The notes under the pieces: model-generated
Told to the model about the DNA's origin: nothing
The model's input: the letters and a program-made list of their open reading frames with translations, nothing else
Databases searched by the model: none
DNA from: the human T2T-CHM13v2.0 reference genome, Homo sapiens
NCBI GenBank assembly: GCA_009914755.4
Contig: CP068257.2
Span: 16,576,001 to 16,640,000 of the forward strand
Direction of reading: 5' to 3'
DNA: 64,000 bases
Translations under genes and position numbers: made by a program
Shown here: positions 28,283 to 40,949 of the stretch, piece by piece
Layout of the letters: every line of letters begins with the position of its first letter
Numbering within the stretch: position 1 is the stretch's first letter

Positions 28283-28289
28283 TATATAA
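28283..28289 (+). promoter_or_regulatory. CHODL: TATA box ('tatataa'). The predicted TSS is about 25-30 bp downstream, near 28315.
   Basis: A canonical 'ggTATATAAgacgg' embedded in the CpG island, about 420 bp upstream of the ATG. The GC-rich sequence downstream is consistent with a ~390-nt 5'UTR. Confidence 0.5.
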
Positions 28290-28554
28290 GACGGTGCCTG
28301 AGCGCAGAGCGGCTGCTGCTGCTGTGATCCAGGACCAGGGCGCACCGGCTCAGCCTCTCACTTGTCAGAGGCCGGGGAAGAGAAGCAAAGCGCAACGGTG
28401 TGGTCCAAGCCGGGGCTTCTGCTTCGCCTCTAGGACATACACGGGACCCCCTAACTTCAGTCCCCCAAACGCGCACCCTCGAAGTCTTGAACTCCAGCCC
28501 CGCACATCCACGCGCGGCACAGGCGCGGCAGGCGGCAGGTCCCGGCCGAAGGCG

Positions 28555-28599
28555 ATGCGCGCAGGGGGTCGGGCAGCTGGGCTCGGGCGGCGGGAGTAG
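28555..28599 (+). other. Upstream ORF in the putative 5'UTR (ATG..TAG, 14 codons: MRAGGRAAGLGRRE)
   Basis: ATG at 28555 and an in-frame TAG at 28597-28599, lying between the TATA-predicted TSS and the main ATG at 28706. Confidence 0.35.
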
Positions 28600-28705
28600 G
28601 GCCCGGCAGGGAGGCAGGGAGGCTGCAGAGTCAGAGTCGCGGGCTGCGCCCTGGGCAGAGGCCGCCCTCGCTCCACGCAACACCTGCTGCTGCCACCGCG
28701 CCGCG

Positions 28706-28784
28706 ATGAGCCGCGTGGTCTCGCTGCTGCTGGGCGCCGCGCTGCTCTGCGGCCACGGAGCCTTCTGCCGCCGCGTGGTCAGCG
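28706..28784 (+). CDS. CHODL: CHODL (chondrolectin) coding exon 1: signal peptide MSRVVSLLLGAALLCGHGAFCRRVVS plus the first base of a Gly codon. Donor is AGCG|GTGAGT.
   Basis: ATG in Kozak context 'gccgcgATGa'. The translation is a hydrophobic signal peptide identical to the chondrolectin N-terminus as I recall it. A consensus GTGAGT donor follows, and the phase (+1) is consistent with exon 2. Confidence 0.93.
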
Positions 28785-31700
28785 GTGAGTCAGGGGCCGT
28801 CTCCCCGAAGAACGAGCGGGGAGAGGGGACCACGGGGCGCGGCGGGCAGCCTGTTCTCGGGCGGAGGCTCTCCGGGGCGTTGGAAACCTGCATGGTGTAA
28901 GGACCCGGGAGGAGGCGGGGAGAAATTGATTGTGCTGTTCTCCTCCCTCTCTTCTCTAACACACACGCAGAAAAGTTTAAATTTTTGTGAAGCGCTTGCT
29001 TACGTAGCTGCGGAGCGAGCCTCTGCTTCATTACGAGCGGCATAGCCTTTTTCAGGAGTGATTTCCACTTTCTTTGTGAGAGAGTTGACCACACGGCCGG
29101 GCTCAGCACCTGCCAAAGGGGTGGGGTAGGGCGGAGGCAGAGGGAACCCAGAGACAGAAGAGCCACCGCAGAAATGCCACCCTCTGTCGCTCTGACTGGA
29201 CTTTGGTCCCAGCACCGTGTTCACTCGGATGCTTTCTGTGACCAGATCAGTTCGCTGTGGGTCGCCTCCGGATGCCTGGGCATTCGGTCTTTGTTCTCAG
29301 CAGGACTACTGGCAAGGAACTGAAGTGTGGTCATTGCGTGTAGATGCCTTTCCTTTGCACACTGCGTTCCAAGTTGGGGACTTCCCAGAAAATGAAGTCA
29401 GCTGGAGTTGGGCCGAGGTATACTTGGTAATGACTGCAGGTTCGGCACACAGTAGGTGCACAATTAAGTCGGTCGAGTCAGTGCATGGGAAATCGATCAA
29501 AATTGGCAAGCTTCCCAGGTTGTCTTTGATTTTTCTTTTTTTGACTCTCACTGTCCTGTCGTTGAGCGATTTATATTGCAATTACTCTCCCTTACTTTTT
29601 GGGACGGTCTCTTCAAAAGGATACAGATTCTCGACAACCTAGGGTGAATGTGCTTAGGGCCTTACATAAAGGCTGATCATAGCTACACTTTATTGAAATC
29701 TCTTACTATGCTCATTGAAACATTGCAATAAGTATTTGTTGGATATATGTGTTTTGAGGGTGAAAAGTTTTTTTAAAACATAAAAAGCACAAATAGCCCT
29801 TTTCACTTTTGTACACCTATACAACAGGTGTCACTAGATGTAGAAATAGATGACAGATGACAGCAAGTAATTCAGCTGTGAAGCCAGACCTTTAGACATT
29901 GGCATATTAAGCTTAATTGTCACTGATCTTCCCCTTAGCAATTTGTGATGTTCTACAGCTTCAGAATATAGTTCTTACATGTGTAGTTACCGATCACTCT
30001 ACACTTTTTTCAGAATTTTCAGAATCTGTGACATTAGATCCTTTTCCTCCCTAAGTTAGCTGCAAAGAAAAAATTCATTATATAGACTCATCTGATTTTG
30101 TGAATTACTTATCTGTCTTTGTATTTATCAGAATTATTCATGCAACTGAATGAAAAGCAGAGACCATGCTTTGAACATAAGATGTTTTTTACTCATTGAC
30201 CTAAATAATATCCTTTAGATATGCTCTTGTTCCTAGGCCTCAACATTTTAAAGGGAGGAAAAATAATATCTAAAGTAAAAACAGAGCTTAAAAAATTGTT
30301 GAAGAGGTGTATTTTGCGTTCTATGAGTACATAATTTTTTCCAAATCTTTTGTTAGGTTTTCTTATTAAGCATTTATAGGCATCTTGTAGGTGACATCTG
30401 GAAAATTTCTAATTAACTGAACATGATCTATTTGATTTAGCATAAATGATGATGTTTATTTGATATTAAAATAATTAGTTATGTTTTCCTTATGAATAAT
30501 TCAATTGTCTTTGGTCATAAAATTCACATTGAAATTTAACCATCTATAAATTGATTTGTGACTTTTATTATTTGAAGACTAATTTCTTAAAAAGATATAT
30601 TTTGACCACAATGGCCAGAGAACAGAGCAGCCTGAAGCCTGACATTTTTGTAGCAATAGTTTCTAATGGATCTATTGTCTACCTGGTCAATGTAAGTTTT
30701 GAATTGGTGCATCAATTTTTCGTGCCACTTGGGACCATTCACCAAATCTTTATTGAAGAGTAAGAGCCTCTTTGGGGCTGTTATTAGGAACATACTTGCA
30801 ACGTATGGAATATATTTCTATTTGTTAAATTTCAGTACAACAATTTATAATTTCTATGTAGGATACTCAAATAATCACTGACCGCAGAAAAATAGACACT
30901 CACAAAATAATTCTCCACATAAATTATATTTAATACCTTAAAATATTCAATAAGGTACTTTCCAATACTTTTAAATACATCACCTTTTCTAAAGTTTAGA
31001 GCATTACTTAAAAATAAAGTGGATATATTTTAGCAAGAAATGACATTTCAAACAACTTCGTCATCGTAATCTGACCCATGAGATTTAGTGGCATCTAGTA
31101 GTAATAAGAAAGTATTTTTTCTAGGTCAGTGGTCATGATTATTTTGATGTACGAATATGCAAAACAAGATGTGATATGATGATAGTAATCAAAGCCTATT
31201 TATTGAATTTATGATGCTAATTTGGAAACTACCTTTAGGAGCTTAGACCTGTACTGATTTCTTACTACACACAGATGTGTAGAGAATATCTATGGGAGCT
31301 GCAATCATTTAATTTTGTGAAGTGACTGGTGAGTAGTGATGTCTTCTTTAGGACAAAGGTAAAAGGATTTTACTTGTAGGCATAAGGATAAATATGAAGG
31401 ATTCCAAATTCAGGTCTCTAAGTTGGGAGGATATGTTTGAAGAGCAAGTGATACTTTTAAACATTTGAAGTGTTTTGAAGTAATGTGTTTCTTTTTTTTT
31501 TTTCCTTTTTTCTTTCTAGTGTGCATAGCAGTGATCCCCAACCTATTTTTGCTGCAAAATGACATTAGGAATATTTCATGGTGCTTCCAGATTTCTCCAG
31601 GACACTTTAATATATATCAGTTTAACTTTATTAAAACTGGCACATGTTTTATTTAGGAGACTGGGTGATTTAGAGGCCTCTCTTCTTATCCTGTGGATAC

Positions 31701-32039
31701 CATAGAATATTGCAAATTCATGGGTGGTGAACAGTAGCACATACATTAATACAATATGATATAATATATACCAAGGGAGATACAAGAAAAACTGCTGAGC
31801 CTTTCTCAGCCTATGGAACTAATCTATGACATCATCAAAAGCATAAAATGATGACAGTGCAGTTTTCAGAGATGCAATTACTTTAAGTATCTCTCGGGCA
31901 TGAAAGGAACAAATTAATCTTATTACCAGTCATTTAATGAACTAACCATTTATCATAGCCATTATTCTTCAACTGCTGTTTGTCATCATTTTATGGTTTT
32001 GTTTTATAACTCTTTCCCAAAGATGGCAGTATCTGTTAC

Positions 32040-32680
32040 ATTACCTTTATAAAAGGTAATGTATTTTATATATATATATAAAATATATGTATAATACATA
32101 TATAATATATATAATACATATATGTATATATTATATACATATATATGTATAATACATATATGTATATATTATATACATATATATGTATATATTATATACA
32201 TATATATGTATATATTATATACATATATATGTATATAATATATACATATATATGTATATAATATATATGTATAATATATATGTATATATGTTATATATAA
32301 TATATGTGTGTATATATGTATATGTGTGTATATATGTATGTATATTATATATGTATGTATATTGTATATGTATGTATATATACATTGTATATGTGTATAT
32401 ATATGTATTGTACCTATAATATAATACATATATATGTATAATACATATATATGTATACATATATATTATGTATACATATATATGTAATATATACATATAT
32501 GTAAATATATATTATACATATATGTATTTATATATAATATATATATACATAATATTAATATATATAATATTATATATATTATATATAATTTACTATATAT
32601 AATATATATATAATAAAATATATATATATAATAATATATATATAATAAAATACATATATAATAATATATATATATATAAA
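32040..32680. repeat. Complex AT-rich tandem array ((TATATG/TATACA)n-type with an embedded ~23-bp period 'catatatatgtatatattatata') in CHODL intron 1
   Basis: About 640 bp made almost exclusively of A, T and occasional G/C in repeating 'atatatgtat' units. Between about 32150 and 32260 the 23-mer repeats perfectly. Confidence 0.9.
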
Positions 32681-34861
32681 GGAGTCCAAGGTTAAAATTC
32701 AGAAGATGCACTCACAAACAATTTTTACTATTTACAACAACTTTCTGTGTCAGGAATTCATATACAAGTAGATGGATGTGTGCGACTCTAGGATGAGAGT
32801 GTTTCTTTTACTATTTTAACATATTCCTCATGATATAACACAGGATGACAACTTGGCTAAAGTTATACTCTTTGTAATGTGGAATGCATTCAATTTGGAT
32901 CTAGTTTGTTTTATTTGGAAAATAAAAAGACTAGATAAAAATTTATTAAAGGCATATATGGTTTGAAAATCTGAGACAGAGGCAACATTAATTCTTATTT
33001 AAATATTTGTAACAGAAAATCTAATTCTGTTTAGAAACAAGCTCTCAATGCACAAGCCTTGCTTATATTAGCCACCCAATAATCAATAACAGATTAATGC
33101 TTATGATTCTGACATAGATAACATGCACAGTGTTTGTGTTCATCAATCCCTTTTGTTCATGAAATATTTCACCTTTATATTAGGTTTGAGACATATGGAG
33201 ACAGCATAGAAACCTGGTAAAAGCATGGAGTGTAGAGCCAGATGGCCTGGTTTCACAACCCAGCTTCAGCACTTGTGAGCTGTGTGAACTGCCCTCTTTG
33301 CCTCATTTTGAAAACAGATAAGAGCACCTATGTCATAGGATTGCTAGGAATATTAAAAAGGTTCAAACACAGTTATGCAGATTGTGCACTGTGTCGAGGT
33401 ACAAGCCAAAGAGACAGGAGAAGGAGCTCAGCTTGGCAAGCCCAGTGCCTGTAGCTCAAGCTACCTAGAGGCAAAATCAACTTTTTCTAGTTGAACAGTC
33501 TATAAGAGGGACCTTTCTGCCATCTCTCACCAGGAGAGGTCGTCTTTTCCCAATTTATCCCAAAGCATGGATTGTGGTAGAAATGAGGTGCTACATTCTA
33601 AATTATTGCTAAATTTGAGGCTTTTATTATTAGAATCATTACTTCTATAAAACTCATAACTGGTCTCATTATTTAAGTAAGAAGACTGAGGCCAGGGGTG
33701 ATTAAATAATCTCAAGTACCCAAAGTTCAAGTGTAGAGTTTGGTTTCAAAGCTAATTCATTTTGATTGGCTACATGAACTCTTAAGTCACAATGATACTT
33801 GGTTTACTACTTATTATTCTAATCTCCATTGTAAATATTCTGATTTTTTAAAAAAATAGTCTCATGCTCTTCTCAGAAAGCTTACGCATTTTCCAACTGG
33901 AAAAGTAGGGCTTGCTGCTGCTGCCACCATCCAGAAAATGACCACAACCTACATTTATAAACTTAATTTAAAATTATAAATAAAATTATAAATAAATTTG
34001 TTTATTAATGTAAGAAAATAGACTCCAGCTATAGTGCACTATGCAATTAAGTACATTATAAAATCTCTGTTGTAAAAATAAAAGTTTATTATAATAAAAC
34101 TCTTTATAAGAAAAAATTTTAAGAAGTTGGTGTAACATTGAATGCTGAACGCAGAACACTTGAACACCAGTCATTTTCTTTTTAGTTCAAAAGTGTTGGC
34201 ACTGGTATCACAGTCCTTGCTGCACTGTGTATGGTAGTATCAACATATTTATCAGTGTGATTGTGAGGGGGGTAAGAAGAAATTATGAAAAAGAAAAAAA
34301 TATCTTGTGTGATTCTAATAAAACATTCTAAGTTAATTCAGTCTGATTTGGGGAATATTTACCATGTGGATGCTCTTTTTTACTTTTTTTTGCAACTAAT
34401 GGTAGATCATAATTGAACAGCAGGAATTTGTAATATGTCTTTTATATTTTTATTGAAAAAGTGATATAAATTCAATATTCATCTAATATTAATAATATAT
34501 AATTATAGCGTGAGATATTAGAAAATATTTATTATTTTCATAACTAACTGAGCACTCAACTATCAGAAAATAAACAAATATAAGCAAAAAGAAAACCAAA
34601 TTATAGATCCTTTCTGCTCAGAAAGAAAAAGCAAACTACCCTGACTTCATGAGTTTGGCCCCACTTTATATCATTGCCAAGAGCATTTAAACCTCTGCCA
34701 ATAGTTAGCTCTATAGAAATTTTAATGGCTAAGGAAAAAGACAAAAATCATCTACTTATTCATGGAAAGAGTGATGAAATCTTTGTTGTGACAGTGATAG
34801 GAGTGTTAATAATAATAACTTTCTCTAAATAAAAGGGCCTGTTTATTTATGTAGCTGTGTG

Positions 34862-35600
34862 TGAAACTAATAAGGATGAATATTTCTTTTATATAAAATA
34901 AATGTATTTTATTTATTTTAATATATAAAATATGTATTTTATTTATTTTAATATATAAAATAAATGTGTATTTTAATATATAAAATACACATTTATTTTA
35001 TTTATTTATTTTAATATATAAAAATACATATTTATTTTATTTATTTTAATTATTTATTTAATATATAAAATAAATATTTATTTTAATATATAAAATAAAT
35101 ATTTATTTTAATATATAAAATAAATATTTATTTTAATATATAAAATAAATATTTATTTTAATATATAAAATAAATATTTATTTTAATATATAAAATATTT
35201 ATTTTAATATATAAAATAAATATTTATTTTAATATATTAAAATAAATATTTATTTTATTTATTTATTTTAATATATAAAATATTTTATTTATTTATTTTA
35301 ATATATAAAATATTTATTTTATTTATTATTTTAATATATAAATATTTATTTTATTTATTTATTTTAATATATAAAATATTTATTTTATTTATTTATTTTA
35401 ATATATAAAATATTTATTTTATTTATTTATTTTAATATATAAAATAAATATTTTATTTATTTATTTTAATATATAAAATAAATATTTTATTTATTTATTT
35501 TAATATATAAAATAAATATTTTATTTATTTATTTTAATATATAAAATAAATATATATTTTATTTATTTTATTTATTTATTTTAATATATAAAATAAATAT
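34862..35600. repeat. AT-rich minisatellite (~25-27-bp unit, 'ttttaatatataaaataaatatttatt', about 28 copies) in intron 1
   Basis: The unit repeats near-perfectly over about 740 bp, with occasional unit-length variants such as 'tttatttatttattttaatatataaaata'. Confidence 0.9.
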
Positions 35601-35689
35601 TTATATACTTTATATAAAGAAGCCTCTTTTATATAAAAGAAATATTCTATAAAATATTTCTGTAAAAATTCAGTGCAATCTATACGACA

Positions 35690-35770
35690 AACCTCCATGA
35701 CACACATTTACCTATGTAATAAACCTGCACATCCTACATATGTACCCGTGAACTTAAAATAAATGCTTAA
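35690..35770 (+). mobile_element. L1 3'-terminal fragment
   Basis: 'taaacctgcacatcctacatatgtacccgtgaacttaaaataaatg' matches the L1 3' end 'aacctgcac..tgcacatgtaccc..aacttaaa'. Confidence 0.7.
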
Positions 35771-38700
35771 AAATCCAGTGCAGAAAAACTTACATATTTA
35801 AATACTTTTTAGATTTAAAAATTAATTAGCTCCTAGTGCACATCTAGCAAATAAATTATCTTGGATTTTATTTTCTCAATATGTTTGTAGAGAAATTATC
35901 TTGAATTTTATTTTCTCAATATGTTTGTAGAATCCTGGGCAGATCTTTTCTCTCTCTTGTAGATAAGCCCACAGTAAAAGGATGTCTTCAATTGCAGATG
36001 CTAGTTGACATTTAGTAATTTATAGTTCGACGGCATAAATGTAAGCTTAGTGTAATAGAACCCGTTATATGGTTCTCTGAATCCTTATCTATCCCATAAA
36101 ATGTTGATGGAAGATTTTATCTGAACATAACATTTGAAAATAAGAGACAGAGAAATTCTCCACGTTATCTCACAGAATGAGACGAGGGGTAATTGTAATT
36201 GTTCTCTAGGAAAATTGGCTTTTACAGAAGTGGGAAAGTTGCTTCCAGAAGATCTGCATTAACAAAACTTTTCTGGGAATTAGGGCAACATTTGTTTCCC
36301 AGCTGTTGGAGTTTCACTGCATTAGTAGCCAAATGTGATCAGCTGAAAGAGTGGTGAGACGTTCAATAGCTGCTGCTTCTGATGATTTTGCTGCAACTTG
36401 GACCAAATTTGCACGATAAGGTGGAAGTCAGTAATAAAATAGAATTGAATGTAAAGAAATTCAGTGTCAGCTTTAACTGACTGTATATAAACCCATAAAA
36501 ATTGTGCAATATATTTATAATTTCCTGAAAACTGCCTTGCTAGATCTGAACTGTTAGTGACTTTTCAGTTCAAACTCTGTAGACACAGCTGATGATCAAA
36601 CTTTAGAGTTAATAGATCTGTTCCAGTTGACGGTGGGCTGCTGTCTTGATGCCCTGAGAGTCTCCCGACCGTGCAGCCATCACAAGCTCCACTCCCTCAA
36701 GCAGGACCGGAGGACTGCTCTATTATCCACAACCAGAGACACAGCCTGGCACAGAGAGTGTCAAGCTGTCTATCGTCCAGGGTCTGGACAGCACTGATTG
36801 TTAGTTATTTTAAATATAATCTCTCTCCCTAGGTTTTTTTCTTTCATTATTATTATATCTGTATGAACTAACATAATGGTGTTAGAAATTTCCACATGAA
36901 ACCTAAAGCTCTCATGCATTTAATTAGAAGTACTATCTTAATTTTATGAGTTAATTTACATCACCATTTCTGTATGCTCATCATGAGTAAATCTGTGCTG
37001 CATTTATTTTTTAATATATCAGGGATAATGAACAGTGACTTTTAGCATATGCATCATACCCAGGAATTCCCTGAATGTTTGGGGCTTTGTTACATATAAC
37101 AAACTTTTTACTCACTGAAAGGTCTGGCTATTCTGTTTTGTTTTTTTTTAATATGACATTTTTTGACATCTTGCAAAACAATCTTCTTAGGGAAATTTAA
37201 TATTTCAAAAGTGCTGGGATAAAATCCAAGGCAGAAAGTTCTTGGAGTGAAAAATCGAACAAGTTAAAAACTCAAGGGAATGTAATTAAGATATATTTGG
37301 ACACTTAGAACTATGTAAAGGATGTAGTAGATGAAAATGGAAACCGCATGCTTCTAAATACAGTCATGAAAATACAAGCTTAATGGCATTGTTAGGCTCT
37401 GACTGAGAACAACCATTTTAAATGATGAAATCATCACAAAACTTAGTAATATATTAGGAGAAATTTTAAAATAATACATTAATTTTCAGAGTCAACCATT
37501 GGGGCTTTCTGTTAATTTGGGACTTTCATGATCATCTCTCAAAGAATATTTATTTTCAGGCTGATTTGTCCTCCTGAAGTTTCTCTAACTTATTTCCCAT
37601 GGTCATTCATACTAATATGTTCTTTTTCATTAACAATTTGGGCAGCCTGTTAATTTGTTCAGATTTTTTAGTGTGTTGCTGCTGGGTCCAGATCACGGTC
37701 ACGAAACAGAGGGAACAACTCTTGGCTTGCTTGCATTGCCAGAACTACTATTTTATGATTGGTTGTTCTCAGTTTGTGTCAAGATATTGAATGCCTATCA
37801 CTCAAACACTGTTGAGAAGTTAATGACCTTCCACTGATTTCTGTGCCTTTCTCCCTCTGAGTGTCATCATAGGTCATTAACTGCTGACTCCAGAAAGGAA
37901 TGGATATGATACACTGGCTCAGTGTGATGTACTGTAATTAAAGTACAAAGTTTGAATGCTTTTTTTTTTTTGCCAGTATTTAAATACAAGAATCTCCCCC
38001 ACCCCCAGAAATCCCTGACTACTGACAACTTTTATTGATAGGCTACACAATTAAATACATAGTAGAAAAGGCCATAAATACCAACAGGAATAATGTTAAT
38101 GGAGATGAATTGTAAGAAAGTAGAGAAACTATTTCCTAATTTCTTAGCATAAAGTAATTTGTCTAAATTTTACATAAAGTAATTGACAGTCTATTTTCCA
38201 GGTCCAAATCTAAGCTAAAATAGGGCAAGACTCAGAAAGTAGAAGAGGCTATGGACTATGGAAAGCAGTCTGGGCATAAGAAATAGTAACAGAGAGGGAT
38301 CCTTGGCGGTTTTAAAAGTTGACAGCAGAGAGCAGAGGTGAACAAAAGCAGAAGCAGTGAAAATCAAAACAAGACAGAATGACCATTCTGGAGATTGTTT
38401 ATAATCTTGCCATACATTCTTAGTGGTAAACAAGGGTGAGTGTAGACAATAGAACAATAGAAAGTCCATTGCTTATAGAACTAGCTAAATCCTATACACC
38501 GTAATATCCTTGACATCAATCTATTTATATCTGTTTATCGTCTGTCTATCTATCTAATCTGGCATATATATGTAAATATAAATATATACGACTTTATTAT
38601 GACCTGATATGCATATTTGCAGTTATTTCACTTGATAATTAGGAAAATTAGCACTGCTTAACATGTAGAGGTATGCGAAATTTAATTTTGAGATTTTTTT

Positions 38701-40330
38701 TTCAAACTCTTTTTGCCTATGTGTTTAAGACTTCACAGATGTTATTAGAGCAGAATTTCATTATGACGTCTCAAAAATTCTTTTAAGCTTGTTTGTGATT
38801 CTAGCCAATATCTTGAAATAAATTGATTTTCAGTATACTACAAATAATGACTTTATTGGGTATAGTATAGACTGTACATAATCAATAGATGTCAGGATAG
38901 GTGGTTAGGTGGTTAAATGGAATGCTGTAACATGAAAACCTTTAAGATACAGGTTTAAGATAAAAAATAGATTTTAAACTTCCCTTCCAAATTCAGAGTA
39001 TTCTATGTATGTATTTATAGATTTTAGATATTTGGTTGGTCCTAATCTTTATTCCTGAAGAAATATGTAATAAAACCACCAGTAGTAAGATTAACTACAG
39101 AAAAAGGTGAATTTAAATGAATTTGTATTTAAGTTTAACAAAATTCTGAGTTAGGGAAGGTTTAAAAAATGTAATACTATTACTTTCAAACTCATAAACG
39201 AATGAATGGAACATTTCTAAGGTTAAATTAGAGGAAGACATTGTTATTTCATATGTGTTTAATATATAAGTAGAGCCTCTAAAGCTGAGAGAAATAATTT
39301 GTTTTCAAGTCTGCTAAATGTTTATTACCTTAATTGTTTTGAGCTAATAATTTAACTGTCTTTGAAAGACCAGTTTGGCCAAATTTCAGCCTACTCAGGT
39401 CTCCATCCAAATTGTAAGAAATTGACAACAACCATTGATAAGATTTTACTAGCTCTTTTATTTCATGATATATTCATTCCACTGTTCTCTAAGCCATCAT
39501 TTTTTTCACATTTAAAGTATATTCCTTTTTTTAAAAAAGTACTTAATTCTTTAAGTTCATAGTTGGGAGATTTTAATTTGCAATTTATCACTTATCAGAG
39601 ATGTCTCTGTAAAATGAGAGAAGACATTGGCCTAGGAATTGGAGTTTACACACAATATCTCCCCAAAGACCCCAGAAAATACTCAAAAAATTGGTAATGA
39701 GATTTTTTCAGAGATAGTGAGTACTTTAGAACTCTATCTTGTCACTTCCAATGTAATATTATATTAATTAATCGTTTATTACTACCAATTACCTTCATTC
39801 TGTCCCCTTTTAACTTTCAATTTTAATAGATTTGTTTCGGGTATAAAAAATGAAAGCAAATATTTATACCTTAAATCTGCCACTTTGTATCTTCTTCAGA
39901 ACACCTTACATAAAATTGTTTCATTATATATTACTTGTTTTTGATAATTAATTTGCTTTATGAATTGTTATTCTTCTTTCATTAAGTTTTAGCTCACTTT
40001 ACTATACACTCCTGAAATTCCTTTAGCTATTTTCATTTGCTTTGTTAATTGGTTTATAAAATCTAAGCCAGAAGAGTTATAACTTCCCTTACAAACCTTG
40101 CTTGAAGTACTGGGTTTAAAAGTTTATGTTGCAAGTTTACGAGGGAATAAATTTGCTTTTACAAATTGCAAGCAATAGGCTAGAAAATAAACTTTATGAA
40201 ATAATTCAGTGGGAGAAGCATTTCTGGTAATGTATTTTCTGCTTTGACTGGTTCTTACATTTTGATTCTTAGTGTTGTTACAAATAGAGTTCCGATTATC
40301 AATATATGGGCATCTTTTTTTTTTTTTCAG

Positions 40331-40640
40331 GCCAAAAGGTGTGTTTTGCTGACTTCAAGCATCCCTGCTACAAAATGGCCTACTTCCATGAACTGTCCAG
40401 CCGAGTGAGCTTTCAGGAGGCACGCCTGGCTTGTGAGAGTGAGGGAGGAGTCCTCCTCAGCCTTGAGAATGAAGCAGAACAGAAGTTAATAGAGAGCATG
40501 TTGCAAAACCTGACAAAACCCGGGACAGGGATTTCTGATGGTGATTTCTGGATAGGGCTTTGGAGGAATGGAGATGGGCAAACATCTGGTGCCTGCCCAG
40601 ATCTCTACCAGTGGTCTGATGGAAGCAATTCCCAGTACCG
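40331..40640 (+). CDS. CHODL: CHODL coding exon 2 (phase 1): ..GQKVCFADFKHPCYKMAYFHELSSRVSFQEARLACESEGGVLLSLENEAEQKLIESMLQNLTKPGTGISDGDFWIGLWRNGDGQTSGACPDLYQWSDGSNSQY + 'cg' of Arg. This is the N-terminal part of the C-type lectin domain.
   Basis: A polypyrimidine tract and 'tttcag' acceptor at 40329-40330, and a donor 'CG|GTGAGT' at 40641. The translation has the C-type lectin-domain hallmarks (Cys pairs, the 'WIGL' motif and an N-X-T site). It is in frame with exon 1 across the splice (G+GC=Gly). Confidence 0.95.
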
Positions 40641-40791
40641 GTGAGTATGGATCTTGAGCAGTTGGCAGGTGCTCTGGGGAACTCCAAAGATAGAGGGAGG
40701 ACTCTGTTACCTGTAGAGGATGTCAGAGTAGGACAGGCAGAATCATTTAGTAGGCATGTATCTGAGTGTTCCTATTACTCTCTGTTTGCAG

Positions 40792-40949
40792 AAACTGGTA
40801 CACAGATGAACCTTCCTGCGGAAGTGAAAAGTGTGTTGTGATGTATCACCAACCAACTGCCAATCCTGGCCTTGGGGGTCCCTACCTTTACCAGTGGAAT
40901 GATGACAGGTGTAACATGAAGCACAATTATATTTGCAAGTATGAACCAG
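40792..40949 (+). CDS. CHODL: CHODL coding exon 3 (phase 2): (R)NWYTDEPSCGSEKCVVMYHQPTANPGLGGPYLYQWNDDRCNMKHNYICKYEP + 'g'. This is the C-terminal part of the C-type lectin domain.
   Basis: Acceptor 'tttgcag|A' and donor 'CCAG|GTAAGC'. The 'WND..C' and 'C..C' motifs are typical of long-form C-type lectin domains. The phase is continuous with exon 2 (cg+a=Arg). Confidence 0.95.

Larger units (their letters stand above)
28090..29300. promoter_or_regulatory. CHODL: CpG island spanning the promoter, 5'UTR, exon 1 and the start of intron 1 of CHODL
   Basis: Dense CpG and a very high GC fraction (runs of 'gcgcg' and 'ggcgg'), in contrast to AT-rich, CpG-depleted flanks. The island contains the annotated start codon. 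Confidence 0.85.

Noticed and set aside
28365-29045. Several other 86-166-aa ORFs on both strands inside the CpG island (28294-28599, 28365-28676, 28400-28900, 28785-29045)
   Set aside because: The same GC-richness artefact applies. The 28400-28900 frame simply reads the real exon 1 through the splice donor into the intron.
28033-29166. 377-aa minus-strand ORF spanning the CpG island
   Set aside because: Its composition (Pro/Ala/Arg/Ser-rich, no hydrophobic core, no recognisable domain) is what GC-rich, stop-codon-poor island DNA yields by chance. It overlaps the well-supported + strand exon 1 and 5'UTR. I treat it as an artefact, though antisense non-coding transcription is possible.
32169-32711. 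ORFs of 78-93 aa made of Y/I/T/H/M repeats on both strands
   Set aside because: They are translations of the AT-rich (TATATG/TATACA)n tandem array. The low-complexity sequence has no coding potential.
40306-40644. 112-aa ORF starting at an ATG in the polypyrimidine tract of intron 1, and a 64-aa ORF at 40766-40960
   Set aside because: These are exons 2 and 3 of CHODL read without splicing. The 'M' start lies in the intronic acceptor region, and at 40766 it is a non-ATG codon. They are not independent genes.
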